DNA of 32,000 bases from an unicellular cyanobacterium SU2 (GCA_002110465.1 NEED01000028.1:44903-76902), one strand, 5' to 3'. Counted from the first letter of the stretch, positions 1 to 8,118 are shown. Numbers and translations: made by a program. Notes: a model not told the origin generated them from the sequence alone.

Positions 1-147
1 ATCCACTCTCATAATTATTAACTTCTGTAACAAGAATTGTGAAGCTCTATTTCAAGTTTGGGCAAAATAGACCGATCGCCCCCTTGAAAGCAAAAGTCCA
101 TGATAGGATGCCATTCGTAACGCTTGTGGAAATTTAGGAGAACAACC

Positions 148-1368
148 TTGGTTTTAAGGGTCGCTGTTGTTGGGTCAGGACCGGCTGGGTCTTCCGCAGC
201 CGAAACATTAGCAAAAGCTGGTATTGAAACTTATTTATTTGAGCGTAAATTAGACAACGCTAAACCCTGCGGTGGAGCGATTCCCCTCTGTATGGTAGAT
301 GAGTTCGACCTACCGCCAGAAATTATTGACCGTCGGGTGAGAAAAATGAAAATGATCTCCCCGTCTAATGTCACTGTCGATATCAATATTGAACGGGACG
401 ATGAATATATTGGGATGTGTCGTCGGGAAGTTCTCGACGGGTTCCTACGCAACCGCGCTGCCTCATCAGGGGCAAATCTGATTAACGGGACGGTGTATCA
501 ACTCGATATTCCTACCAATAACACCGATCCTTACACGCTCCATTATGCCGACCACTCCAACGGTAATCCCCAAGGGGATAAGAAAACCCTTCAGGTTGAC
601 TTAGTGATTGGGGCTGATGGGGCTAACTCCCGCATTGCTAAAGCCATTGATGCAGGAGATTATAATTATGCGATCGCCTTTCAAGAACGCATTCGTCTCC
701 CCGAAGACAAAATGACTTACTACGAAGATCTCGCGGAGATGTATGTGGGTAACGATGTCTCCCCCGACTTTTACGCTTGGGTCTTCCCCAAATATGACCA
801 CGTAGCGGTGGGTACAGGGACGATGAAGGTCAATAAATCTCTCATTAAGGATTTACAAGCCGGCATTCGTCAGCGTGCTTCTCGTCGCTTAGAAGGGGGG
901 GAAATCATCAAAGTGGAAGCCCACCCCATCCCTGAACATCCCCGTCCTCGTCGGGTTGTGGGTCGTGTAGCTTTAGTTGGCGATGCTGCGGGAACTGTTA
1001 CCAAGTCTTCTGGAGAAGGCATCTATTTTGCCGCTAAATCTGCTCGTATGTGTGCTGAAACCATCGTAGAAATGAGCAATGCAGGTCAACGTATTCCTAC
1101 CGAAGATGAGTTAAAAATCTATCTCAAACGGTGGGATAAGAAGTATGGCATGACCTACCTGGTTCTCGATATTCTACAACGGGTCTTCTACCGTTCGGAT
1201 GCTTCGCGTGAGGCGTTTGTAGAAATGTGTGCTGATAAGGATGTTCAGCGCATGACGTTTGATAGTTATCTCTACAAAACTGTCGTTCCTGCTAATCCTT
1301 TAGTTCAGATGAAAATTACCGCTAAAACTCTCGGTAGTTTGCTACGGGGTCACGCTTTAGCTCCTTAG
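148..1368 (+). CDS. chlP: Geranylgeranyl reductase (geranylgeranyl-diphosphate / geranylgeranyl-chlorophyll reductase, ChlP)
   Basis: ORF 124-1368. FAD fold VAVVGSGPAGS. Long stretches match cyanobacterial ChlP as I recall it (FERKLDNAKPCGGAIPLCMVDEFDLPPEIIDRRVRKMKMISPS, GDAAGTVTKSSGEGIYFAAKSARMCAE, C-terminal ITAKTLGSLLRGHALAP). Start moved to TTG 148 (MVLRVAVVG, as in homologues) because AGGAG at 136-140 lies 7 nt upstream. The track start at 124 is also TTG and has no RBS. Confidence 0.93.
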   Translation: MVLRVAVVGSGPAGSSAAETLAKAGIETYLFERKLDNAKPCGGAIPLCMVDEFDLPPEIIDRRVRKMKMISPSNVTVDINIERDDEYIGMCRREVLDGFLRNRAASSGANLINGTVYQLDIPTNNTDPYTLHYADHSNGNPQGDKKTLQVDLVIGADGANSRIAKAIDAGDYNYAIAFQERIRLPEDKMTYYEDLAEMYVGNDVSPDFYAWVFPKYDHVAVGTGTMKVNKSLIKDLQAGIRQRASRRLEGGEIIKVEAHPIPEHPRPRRVVGRVALVGDAAGTVTKSSGEGIYFAAKSARMCAETIVEMSNAGQRIPTEDELKIYLKRWDKKYGMTYLVLDILQRVFYRSDASREAFVEMCADKDVQRMTFDSYLYKTVVPANPLVQMKITAKTLGSLLRGHALAP

Positions 1369-1396
1369 TAATTACTCATTACTTTAGTTAGACTTT

Positions 1397-1427
1397 TAGG
1401 GTGAGCAAGGCTTACCCTATTTTTTTT
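1397..1427 (+). terminator. Rho-independent terminator after chlP
   Basis: 10-bp stem TAGGGTGAGC (1397-1406) / GCTTACCCTA (1410-1419, one G-U pair), 3-nt loop, then T8 (1420-1427). It lies 28 nt after the chlP stop. Confidence 0.7.
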
Positions 1428-1512
1428 GTTGAGGGATACTTAGAAAAAAAAAAGACATTAACCGTTGTTAAACTGTCTCAGAGCTCAATTAAATAAACAA
1501 TTATCAAAACTG

Positions 1513-2304
1513 ATGCCTAATGTCTATGTAATTGGTGGGGCGAATGGGTCAGGGAAAACTACCGTTGCTAGGAGATTATTACCCTATTTTCTTGATGTTT
1601 TTGAATATGTCAATGCGGATGAAATTGCTGCTGGACTGTCTCCCTTTAACCCTGAATCTGTAGCTATGCAAGCAGGACGGTTAATGTTAGAGCGTTTGAA
1701 TACCCTAGTTAAAGAAAGAACCGATTTTGCTTTTGAAACCACTCTGGCTGCTCGAAATTTTGCTCGTTTTTTGAGAAGCTGTAAAGATTATGGCTATACT
1801 ATTAACCTTATTTATTTCTGGTTACAAACGCCTGAATTAGCTATAGAACGAGTTCAAAGACGGGTAGAAAGCGGAGGACATAATATCCCCATTGAAGTCA
1901 TTCGTCGTTGCTATGAAAGAGGAAAAAGAAACCTAAATCAGTAGACATCTCCAAAAATTTGTAAGCTTTTAATATAAAGCCTTTTGGGTGATATTGGCTT
2001 TGCGATCGCCAAACCCTGAAATCCTAATTTTTCGTTCAAAATGTCTTCTAATGCAATTTCAGAAAAAAAGATAAGGTTTTTAAATCAAAATTTTTTAGGC
2101 TAAAACTCAATCCTAACAACTCTTTAGGCTCTTAGTTTATATTTTGGAGATGTCTAGTTATATTTACCTTTGTGCGATACTTGGATTATCTATGATAATT
2201 CTGAGGATAATCCTCGATTAGTTGCTGCTTTGGGAATTAATCAACAACTGATCATTAATGACCCCCAAACCTTTCAACAAATTACAGCTAATTCCGATGA
2301 ATGA
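1513..2304 (+). pseudogene. Zeta-toxin-like / AAA_33-type P-loop kinase gene, interrupted by a 216-nt insertion
   Basis: N-terminal part is 1513-1944: ATG 1513, Walker A in MPNVYVIGGANGSGKTT, ending ...RRCYERGKRNLNQ then TAG. C-terminal part is 2158-2304 in the same frame (LYLPLCDTWIIYDNSEDNPRLVAALGINQQLIINDPQTFQQITANSDE*). Removing 1942-2157 gives a continuous 191-codon ORF. Its junction (RGKRNLNQ-LYLPL..W.IYDNS) matches the C-terminal pattern I associate with this family. Confidence 0.75.
1942..2157. mobile_element. MITE-like non-autonomous element with 15-bp terminal inverted repeats
   Basis: Perfect TIRs TAGACATCTCCAAAA (1942-1956) and TTTTGGAGATGTCTA (2142-2156). No ORF inside. AT-rich interior with one HIP1 site (2002-2009). 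It interrupts an otherwise continuous reading frame, and its first triplet TAG supplies the premature stop. Confidence 0.7.
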
Positions 2305-2470
2305 ATCACAACTAACAGAAATCCATCAAAAAATTGATGCAGGAGTCAAAGCAGCGATCGCAGAAGCCATTGAGAGACACCGAAAATTAGGAGAATCCAT
2401 TAGTATTCTCAAAGATGGCAAAGTGGTCACTGTAACGGCTGAACAAATCCCACCTTTATCTGAAAAATAG
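2297..2470 (+). CDS. Small hypothetical protein (57 aa) translationally coupled to the zeta-like gene; possible cognate partner or antitoxin
   Basis: Track ORF 2258-2470. I prefer ATG 2297 (MNESQLTEIHQKIDAGVKAAIAEAIERHRKLGESISILKDGKVVTVTAEQIPPLSEK). That ATG overlaps the stop of the upstream frame as ATGAATGA (ATG 2297-2299, TGA 2302-2304). No family recognised. Confidence 0.5.
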   Translation: MNESQLTEIHQKIDAGVKAAIAEAIERHRKLGESISILKDGKVVTVTAEQIPPLSEK

Positions 2471-2514
2471 TTAATTTTCAATAAAAGTTTTATTAAAATA
2501 AACCTAATCTTGAA

Positions 2515-2802
2515 TTAATTATTGATCTCTTTTAAATGTTGTGGTAAATCTATTTCTTGAAACTGTTTAACTGTTACTGTAGGTAATCCAGTCAATTCAT
2601 TTAAGTCTCTTATTTTCCTAATCAATAGAGTCATTAAAGTGCCATTTTGACCTAAACTAAGAATATCCTCTTTGTCTAAAACAATAATATATTTTCCTGT
2701 TTTAGCATGATATAAAACTTGACGTAATCTACAATCTTGAATTGCTCTTTGTCTGGTAGAATTTCGCTTGGGAAATCCAGCCGCTCCTTCTAAAGTAAAC
2801 AA
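2515..2802 (-). CDS. Hypothetical protein (95 aa)
   Basis: Track ORF with TTG start. The frame stays open 7 codons further upstream (to 2823). No motif recognised. It lies immediately downstream of a 48-codon ORF in another frame. Confidence 0.4.
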   Translation of the reverse strand: MFTLEGAAGFPKRNSTRQRAIQDCRLRQVLYHAKTGKYIIVLDKEDILSLGQNGTLMTLLIRKIRDLNELTGLPTVTVKQFQEIDLPQHLKEINN

Positions 2803-2807
2803 TATTC

Positions 2808-2954
2808 CTAAACCACAATTTTCTTAGCACCGCTTGGTGTTGATGACAATAAACTTCTCAGGGTTCGGACAGTAAACTCAGGACTAGATAAATAATACCG
2901 ACAAAATTCTTGACCAGATGAATAACCATTATCAACAAACGCTTTAGGACTCAT
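2808..2954 (-). CDS. Small hypothetical ORF (48 aa), found by hand
   Basis: ATG at 2954, TAG at 2810-2808: MSPKAFVDNGYSSGQEFCRYYLSSPEFTVRTLRSLLSSTPSGAKKIVV. It is below the track cutoff. No convincing RBS and no family, so this is weak. Confidence 0.25.
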   Translation of the reverse strand: MSPKAFVDNGYSSGQEFCRYYLSSPEFTVRTLRSLLSSTPSGAKKIVV

Positions 2955-3097
2955 AAACTCTGATTTTTCGTGAAAATAATCATTATCTTAGTATAATCTT
3001 ATGATTTAAAGAATGAGTAGTCATTTCTCTAGTTTGGTAAAAAAAACTCACTTGAAAAGTTAATAGTAAATAACAGATTTATCCCTAAGCTAATTAA

Positions 3098-3117
3098 GGG
3101 TCAACGGTTGTTGACCC
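3098..3117 (-). terminator. Strong hairpin downstream of carA (possible terminator, no U-tract)
   Basis: Perfect 8-bp stem GGGTCAAC (3098-3105) / GTTGACCC (3110-3117) with a 4-nt loop, about 25 nt past the carA stop on the minus strand. Neither strand has a following T-run. Confidence 0.35.
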
Positions 3118-3141
3118 CTACTAATAACTAAATCTAAATTC

Positions 3142-4284
3142 TTAGTTCTGATTGTCGCGCATTAACTTAACAAACTTCTCGAATAAATAATCCGCATCGT
3201 GAGGACCTGGACTCGCTTCAGGATGGTATTGAACTGAGAAAAAGGGTAACGTTTTATGGGATAAACCTGCTACAGTTCGGTCATTCAAATTAAGATGAGT
3301 AATTTCCACATCAGCATCTAAAGACTTTTCTGTCACCGCAAAACCATGGTTTTGACTGGTAATTTCTACCTGTTGATTTAATCCACAAGGTTGATTTAAT
3401 CCGCGATGACCAAACTTTAATTTAAAGGTTTCTGCCCCTAAAGATAATCCTAAAATTTGGTGTCCCATACAAATTCCAAAAGTAGGTTTTCCTGCTTGAA
3501 TTAATGCTTTGGTAACTTCAATGCCTTCTTGAACCGCCGATGGATCACCAGGGCCATTCGACAAGAAAATTCCATCAGGATTGTACTTTAAAATCTCTTC
3601 AGGAGACGTATTAGCCGGAACTACAATCACCCGACACCCATAACTAGCCAAGCGGCGCAGAATATTCCGTTTAACCCCAAAATCAATCGCTACTACTGTT
3701 AAAGAACTTCCTGCACCTTCTTTATTACTCGGTTGAAACTCCCAAATCGAATCAGTCGGAGTAGACCACTCATAAACCTCTTTGGTGGTTACTTCCTTAA
3801 CTAAATTCAACCCTGCCATACTGGGGGCTAATTGAACCTGACGCAGTAATTCTGTCGGTTCGAGGATTTCTGTAGAAATTGCCCCATTTATAGCCCCTAC
3901 TGAGCGAATTTTACGGGTTAAAGCACGGGTATCAATGCCATAAATTCCAATAATTTTGTGACGACTTAAATAATCAGGGAGAGATTCAGTAGATCGCCAG
4001 TTACTCGGACGATAGGTTATATTACGAGCAATAACTCCTTTAACCTGGGGATGAGAGGATTCCTCATCATCAGGGTTCACTCCTGTATTCCCCAACTCAG
4101 GGTAAGTAAAGGTGACAATTTGACCGCAGTAACTCGGATCGGTTAAAACCTCTTGATATCCAGTCATTCCCGTATTAAAAACGACTTCTCCTAAGGTGGT
4201 TCCCTTCGCTCCAAATGACCACCCCTCAAAAGAAGTTCCGTCCGCTAACATTAATAGGGCTGGTGTCGCCTTTGCTATTGCCAT
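3142..4284 (-). CDS. carA: Carbamoyl-phosphate synthase small (glutamine amidotransferase) subunit
   Basis: 380 aa. N-terminal CPSase small-chain domain ([44 protein letters not shown]). C-terminal class-I GATase with nucleophile elbow FGICMGHQ and the YHPE histidine region. Confidence 0.95.
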   Translation of the reverse strand: MAIAKATPALLMLADGTSFEGWSFGAKGTTLGEVVFNTGMTGYQEVLTDPSYCGQIVTFTYPELGNTGVNPDDEESSHPQVKGVIARNITYRPSNWRSTESLPDYLSRHKIIGIYGIDTRALTRKIRSVGAINGAISTEILEPTELLRQVQLAPSMAGLNLVKEVTTKEVYEWSTPTDSIWEFQPSNKEGAGSSLTVVAIDFGVKRNILRRLASYGCRVIVVPANTSPEEILKYNPDGIFLSNGPGDPSAVQEGIEVTKALIQAGKPTFGICMGHQILGLSLGAETFKLKFGHRGLNQPCGLNQQVEITSQNHGFAVTEKSLDADVEITHLNLNDRTVAGLSHKTLPFFSVQYHPEASPGPHDADYLFEKFVKLMRDNQN

Positions 4285-4481
4285 AATCGTTAAGTTTTTG
4301 ATACTGAAAATAGATGAAACCCAACGGTGAGCGATAGACTAGATCAGGCAATCTATTAACGCCTGACTGTCTGACCATCTGTTGAGATACACTCGCCCCT
4401 AGGTTACAATTGACAATCTTACCAGATGCAACTGAGGGTGTTAGGGTAAAGTCAAACTGCTACAAAGGTAGCTAGAATCCT

Positions 4482-5378
4482 ATGAGTCCCAAGAAATTAA
4501 ATGACGACGATAAACAAGAAATTCTTAAGCTTTATCGCCAAACGCCAGAGACCACATCTACTTTAGCTGATCGTTATGGGGTCAGTAGCTCTACTATCAG
4601 CCGTTTTCTCAAAAGTTATCTCTCAGAGTCCGAGTATGAGGAGTTAATTCAACAAAAACGTTTAGCAAGGACGACTAAGTCAGAGTCTCAACCGAAAGAA
4701 ACCGAATCTAAACCCGTGTTGGTGAAATCAGAAACTCCCCCAGAGTCTCAACCGAAAGAAACTGAACCTAAACCCGTGTTGGTGGAGTCAGAAACTTCCC
4801 CAGAGTCTCAACCGAAAGAAACTGAGGCTAAACCAGCCCCAATTTTAGCCAGAGATAAACCATCAAAGTATGTTCAACCGTCAGATGAAGAGGAAGAAGA
4901 TGATGAGCTTGAAGTAGTTGATGTTATCGCCCTTGGAGAGATGATCGGAGAAGATTTATCAGATGGAATTGATGATGATGAAGACTTAGAAGATGAAGAC
5001 TGGGAGGAAGGAGATGAAGAAGGCTATGAGCAATCTTTAGCCAAAAATGGGGATGTTCAAGTATTACCGTTATCGTCTGCTATTTTTCCTAAAATTTGTT
5101 ATTTAGTGATTGATCGCTCGGCCGAATTAATTGCTCGACCTCTGAAAGAATTCGCCCATTTAGGTCAAATTCCAGCCGAAGAAGTTCAACAAAAAACCTT
5201 ACCTGTATTTGACAATCATCAAGGGGCGCGTCGCTTTTCTAACCGTTCTCAACGAGTTATTAAGGTTCCTGATGGTCGTCTTCTGTACAAGACTTGTCCC
5301 CATTTATACGCCAAAGGGATTACTCGTTTGCTGATGGATGGCCAAATTTATTCCTTAGCATCTGGTTTTGAAAATTAA
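4482..5378 (+). CDS. Hypothetical protein: N-terminal helix-turn-helix, tandem SESQPKETE-KPVLV repeats, acidic tract, conserved-looking C-terminal domain
   Basis: 298 aa. HTH-like segment ETTSTLADRYGVSSSTISRFLK. Three 20-aa repeats encoded by 60-bp tandem DNA repeats. D/E-rich run (SDEEEEDDELEVV...DDDEDLEDEDWEEGDEEG). Non-repetitive C-terminus (ICYLVIDRSAELIARPLKEF...GITRLLMDGQIYSL). Confidence 0.7.
   Translation: MSPKKLNDDDKQEILKLYRQTPETTSTLADRYGVSSSTISRFLKSYLSESEYEELIQQKRLARTTKSESQPKETESKPVLVKSETPPESQPKETEPKPVLVESETSPESQPKETEAKPAPILARDKPSKYVQPSDEEEEDDELEVVDVIALGEMIGEDLSDGIDDDEDLEDEDWEEGDEEGYEQSLAKNGDVQVLPLSSAIFPKICYLVIDRSAELIARPLKEFAHLGQIPAEEVQQKTLPVFDNHQGARRFSNRSQRVIKVPDGRLLYKTCPHLYAKGITRLLMDGQIYSLASGFEN
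4681..4833 (+). repeat. 60-bp in-frame tandem repeat, about 2.5 copies
   Basis: Units at 4681-4740 and 4741-4800 differ at only a few positions (cagagtctcaaccgaaagaaac.gaa.ctaaacccgtgttggtg.a.tcagaaact.cccc). A third partial unit runs 4801 to about 4833. Confidence 0.9.
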
Positions 5379-5851
5379 GCGATTATGGATATTTGTTTAG
5401 TCAATTAGTCAACTCAATTGTTTTAGTAAATTTACTATAGAAGTTTTATCTATTACTTTCAAAATTAACTGAACGAGATCACACCAGTGAGTAAGAGAAA
5501 TCGTTTTTCGGTAATTTTTGGGAGAACCTCTGAGCAAAATTCAAACAGCTACAAATTTATACTGGATCTTCACCGCGATATCCTCGCAAAGCGAATGATT
5601 TTCTTTAACTAATCTATAAAATATATAAGTTTTTTAAACACAGAGTTGTTATTAGTTACAGAGAGTTTTTTTGTGAGTAAAATTTTAGAAATGGACAAGT
5701 AGCTTATTAAGACTCTATAGCGCAATTCTGATTCAGGTTCAAGGATAACTAATACACTTTACATCAATATGCGTATGATTGAATTTAATCTAATCTAATC
5801 TCGTGAAATATCATTAATTTTAGTTCCAATTGTTAGGAGTATATACCTTTT

Positions 5852-6709
5852 ATGAAAGTGAGTCGTTTACTCAATCTTTATGAACAAGGAATACGAGAAT
5901 TTACTGCTATCGATCTCAGGGGCGAAAATTTATCGAGGTCGATGCTTATCTCCGTCAATTTGACAGGAGCTAATTTAATGGGGATTAATTTAAGCCGAGG
6001 GTTTTTGACTAAATCAATCCTTAATAAGATAAGTCTCAATTGGGCTAATCTAACCTATGCCAAAATGAGTGAGGTTCAGTTACATCAAGCTGATTTGACC
6101 AAAGCTAATCTAACGGGGGCTTTTATGGTTAAAGCGAGTCTGGTTAACGCCAAACTCAGTGGGGCGGATTTATCCCATGCTAATCTGCGGGGGGCGGATT
6201 TATCCCATGCTAATCTGTGTGGAGCTAACCTCTATCGGGTTAACCTCCGTCAAGGGAATCTCAGTGGCGTTAATCTCGCTTGGGCTAATCTAGAAGAAGC
6301 TCGTTTGAGTTGTGCAAATTTAACGGGAGCGTCTTTTGTTGGCACCAATTTAAGTCGGACTTTTCTTAAGGAAGTTGATTTAAGTGAAGTCAATTTAGAA
6401 GGGGTTAACCTGAGTGAAGCGCGATTAGGGGGAAGCAATCTTGAAGGGGCAAACTTAAAAAATGCTAACCTTCAAAGAGCAAGTTTACGAGATACTAATT
6501 TACGGGGAGCTAACTTATTAGGGGCGAATTTAGAGGATGCAGATTTAGAGGAGGCTGATTTAACCGGAGCAATCTTGAAACACTCTCGAATACCGTCTAT
6601 AGATATTCCTCCTGAACCAGAAAAAAGAGAAGTTTCGACTTCATCACTAACAGCCGAGATTTACGCTTATTCCAGGTATTTTATGGAGCTACAAACTCAC
6701 ATGGGTTAA
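5852..6709 (+). CDS. Pentapeptide-repeat protein
   Basis: 285 aa, almost entirely A(D/N)LxX pentads (ANLTGANLMGINLSRGFLTKS...GADLSHANLRGADLSHANLCGANL...). AGGAG lies upstream of ATG 5852. The C-terminal ~45 aa are non-repetitive. Confidence 0.9.
   Translation: MKVSRLLNLYEQGIREFTAIDLRGENLSRSMLISVNLTGANLMGINLSRGFLTKSILNKISLNWANLTYAKMSEVQLHQADLTKANLTGAFMVKASLVNAKLSGADLSHANLRGADLSHANLCGANLYRVNLRQGNLSGVNLAWANLEEARLSCANLTGASFVGTNLSRTFLKEVDLSEVNLEGVNLSEARLGGSNLEGANLKNANLQRASLRDTNLRGANLLGANLEDADLEEADLTGAILKHSRIPSIDIPPEPEKREVSTSSLTAEIYAYSRYFMELQTHMG
6161..6217 (+). repeat. Exact 27-nt duplication with 30-nt period inside the pentapeptide gene
   Basis: ggggcggatttatcccatgctaatctg occurs at 6161-6187 and again at 6191-6217. 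It encodes GADLSHANL twice. Confidence 0.9.
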
Positions 6710-6711
6710 CG

Positions 6712-8118
6712 TCATCTTTGGTGAACTAATTTAATTCGGTAATTATCCTTAATTTTCTTGAGAGGAAACTGAACAAAACTAGGTTTTCCTATCAGTTGCC
6801 AATCAAATTTAGAGAGAACATGAGAGATAAAGATTTTGGTAACTGTCATGGCCATCTGCGCTCCTAAACAAGCGTGGACTCCTCCACCAAACGGAATAAA
6901 TTGATAGCTTTGATCTTCGTTGCGAGGAGGCAAAAACCGTTCTGGAGCAAATATTTCTGGTTGCTCAAAATATTCTGGCATAATATGAGCTAACCTTGGT
7001 TCAGCAATCATCGTAGAACCTTTGGGATAGAGAACACCATCTACTACGACTGATTTAGTTAGACGACGGTTTGCAGTAGAACTCGGAGGAAGCGTCCGCA
7101 ATGTCTCTTTAATGGTTGCTTCTAATAAGCTCATTTTCCTTAAATGTTCTGGTAAAAACTGATGATGATGATTATATTTCCCGATGATTTTTGTCTGTTC
7201 TAAGCGTAACTTTTCCCGAATTTCTTGATATTTTCCTAATTGGTAGATAACCGAAGCAACTAAACTAGAAATTTCATAAAGAGATGCCCATAATTGTAAT
7301 AAACATTGATTCGCAATTAAGGAATCACTAAAAACTCCATTAGGGTTTTCTTGTTGACTGACTAACATCATAGAAAGGAAGTCTCTGGTCGGATCAATAT
7401 TTTTCTCTTGTCTGCGCTTGTTAATCACTGCTTCCATAAACTTTATTAGTTTAGACCGCGCAGCTAGTCCTCGACCATAAGCAGTTAAGGGTGATTTCCA
7501 TTTCAATAAACCATAAAAACCATTAAAATAAGTCTGGTAAACCTCTTTTAATTCTCGTTTTGTCGAGAGTGGTAATCCTGAAAATATTGCCGTATCATTA
7601 TCATCTAATTTAATTCCTAAAAGCAGAGGAGTTAGAACATTAAAGCAAATTTCTTCAACGGAAGAATACAGAGGTAATGTCTCAATTTTTGACCAGTGTT
7701 CGAGTCCTGCTAAAATAATTGTATTAATATTTGGTATGTATCCTTCTAGCGCGCGGCCTGTTAATCCAATGGCTAGGGCATTTTTACGATCTCTATGTAA
7801 ATCAGGTCGTTGAAACAAACTATATTCGCCAAACATTTCCATGGTGGTTTCTGGTAAGGCAATTTCGGTATAGTTTGAGTCGCCATTAAAGACCATTTTA
7901 ATAGCTTTTGCTGTCCCGACAAAGATAGTTTCTCCCCCAAAAACACCAGTATTAAAAATCGGTCCGTAGTTGTCTAAATTTTGACGACAAAACTGTTCAG
8001 GGTTAGCTATGTACTTGAAGGTATCATACCATTTTGGTTTTCTTGGAGGATATTTTATTTCTTTCGGTAATTCTTGTCCTTCTTCTAGAATAAGTATGTC
8101 ACTGGTTGCTTGATTCAT
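6712..8118 (-). CDS. Cytochrome P450 (CYP120-like architecture, divergent I-helix)
   Basis: 468 aa. Cys-ligand loop FIPFGGGVHACLGAQMA (6841-6900). K-helix ExxR (KETLRTLPP). Overall colinear with Synechocystis CYP120A1 as I recall it. Confidence 0.9.
   Translation of the reverse strand: MNQATSDILILEEGQELPKEIKYPPRKPKWYDTFKYIANPEQFCRQNLDNYGPIFNTGVFGGETIFVGTAKAIKMVFNGDSNYTEIALPETTMEMFGEYSLFQRPDLHRDRKNALAIGLTGRALEGYIPNINTIILAGLEHWSKIETLPLYSSVEEICFNVLTPLLLGIKLDDNDTAIFSGLPLSTKRELKEVYQTYFNGFYGLLKWKSPLTAYGRGLAARSKLIKFMEAVINKRRQEKNIDPTRDFLSMMLVSQQENPNGVFSDSLIANQCLLQLWASLYEISSLVASVIYQLGKYQEIREKLRLEQTKIIGKYNHHHQFLPEHLRKMSLLEATIKETLRTLPPSSTANRRLTKSVVVDGVLYPKGSTMIAEPRLAHIMPEYFEQPEIFAPERFLPPRNEDQSYQFIPFGGGVHACLGAQMAMTVTKIFISHVLSKFDWQLIGKPSFVQFPLKKIKDNYRIKLVHQR

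Noticed and set aside
26-43. Possible NtcA- or CRP-type site TGTAACAAGAATTGTGA upstream of chlP
   Set aside because: It is not palindromic and does not fit GTA-N8-TAC, because the right half is TGT.
231-801. Minus-strand ORFs 231-452 and 601-801
   Set aside because: They lie entirely antisense within the well-supported chlP gene. They have no motifs and are typical shadow ORFs.
1942-2157. TA or TAG target-site duplication (IS630- or IS5-like) for the MITE
   Set aside because: Either model leaves an in-frame TAG in the reconstructed ancestral kinase gene. The duplication therefore cannot be assigned by eye and is left open.
2802-2830. Programmed ribosomal frameshift joining the 48-aa and 95-aa ORFs
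   Set aside because: The overlap (gctaagaaaattgtgg) has no X XXY YYZ slippery heptamer for the required -1 shift. A +1 slip on AAAA leads into the third, closed frame.
4681-4833. Tandem 60-bp repeats as a possible CRISPR or other non-coding array
   Set aside because: The repeats are directly adjacent with no spacers. They are in frame and inside a continuous ORF, so they are a coding tandem repeat.
6250-6438. Minus-strand ORF inside the pentapeptide-repeat gene
   Set aside because: It is the antisense shadow of a repetitive coding region. Its periodic sequence just mirrors the sense repeats.
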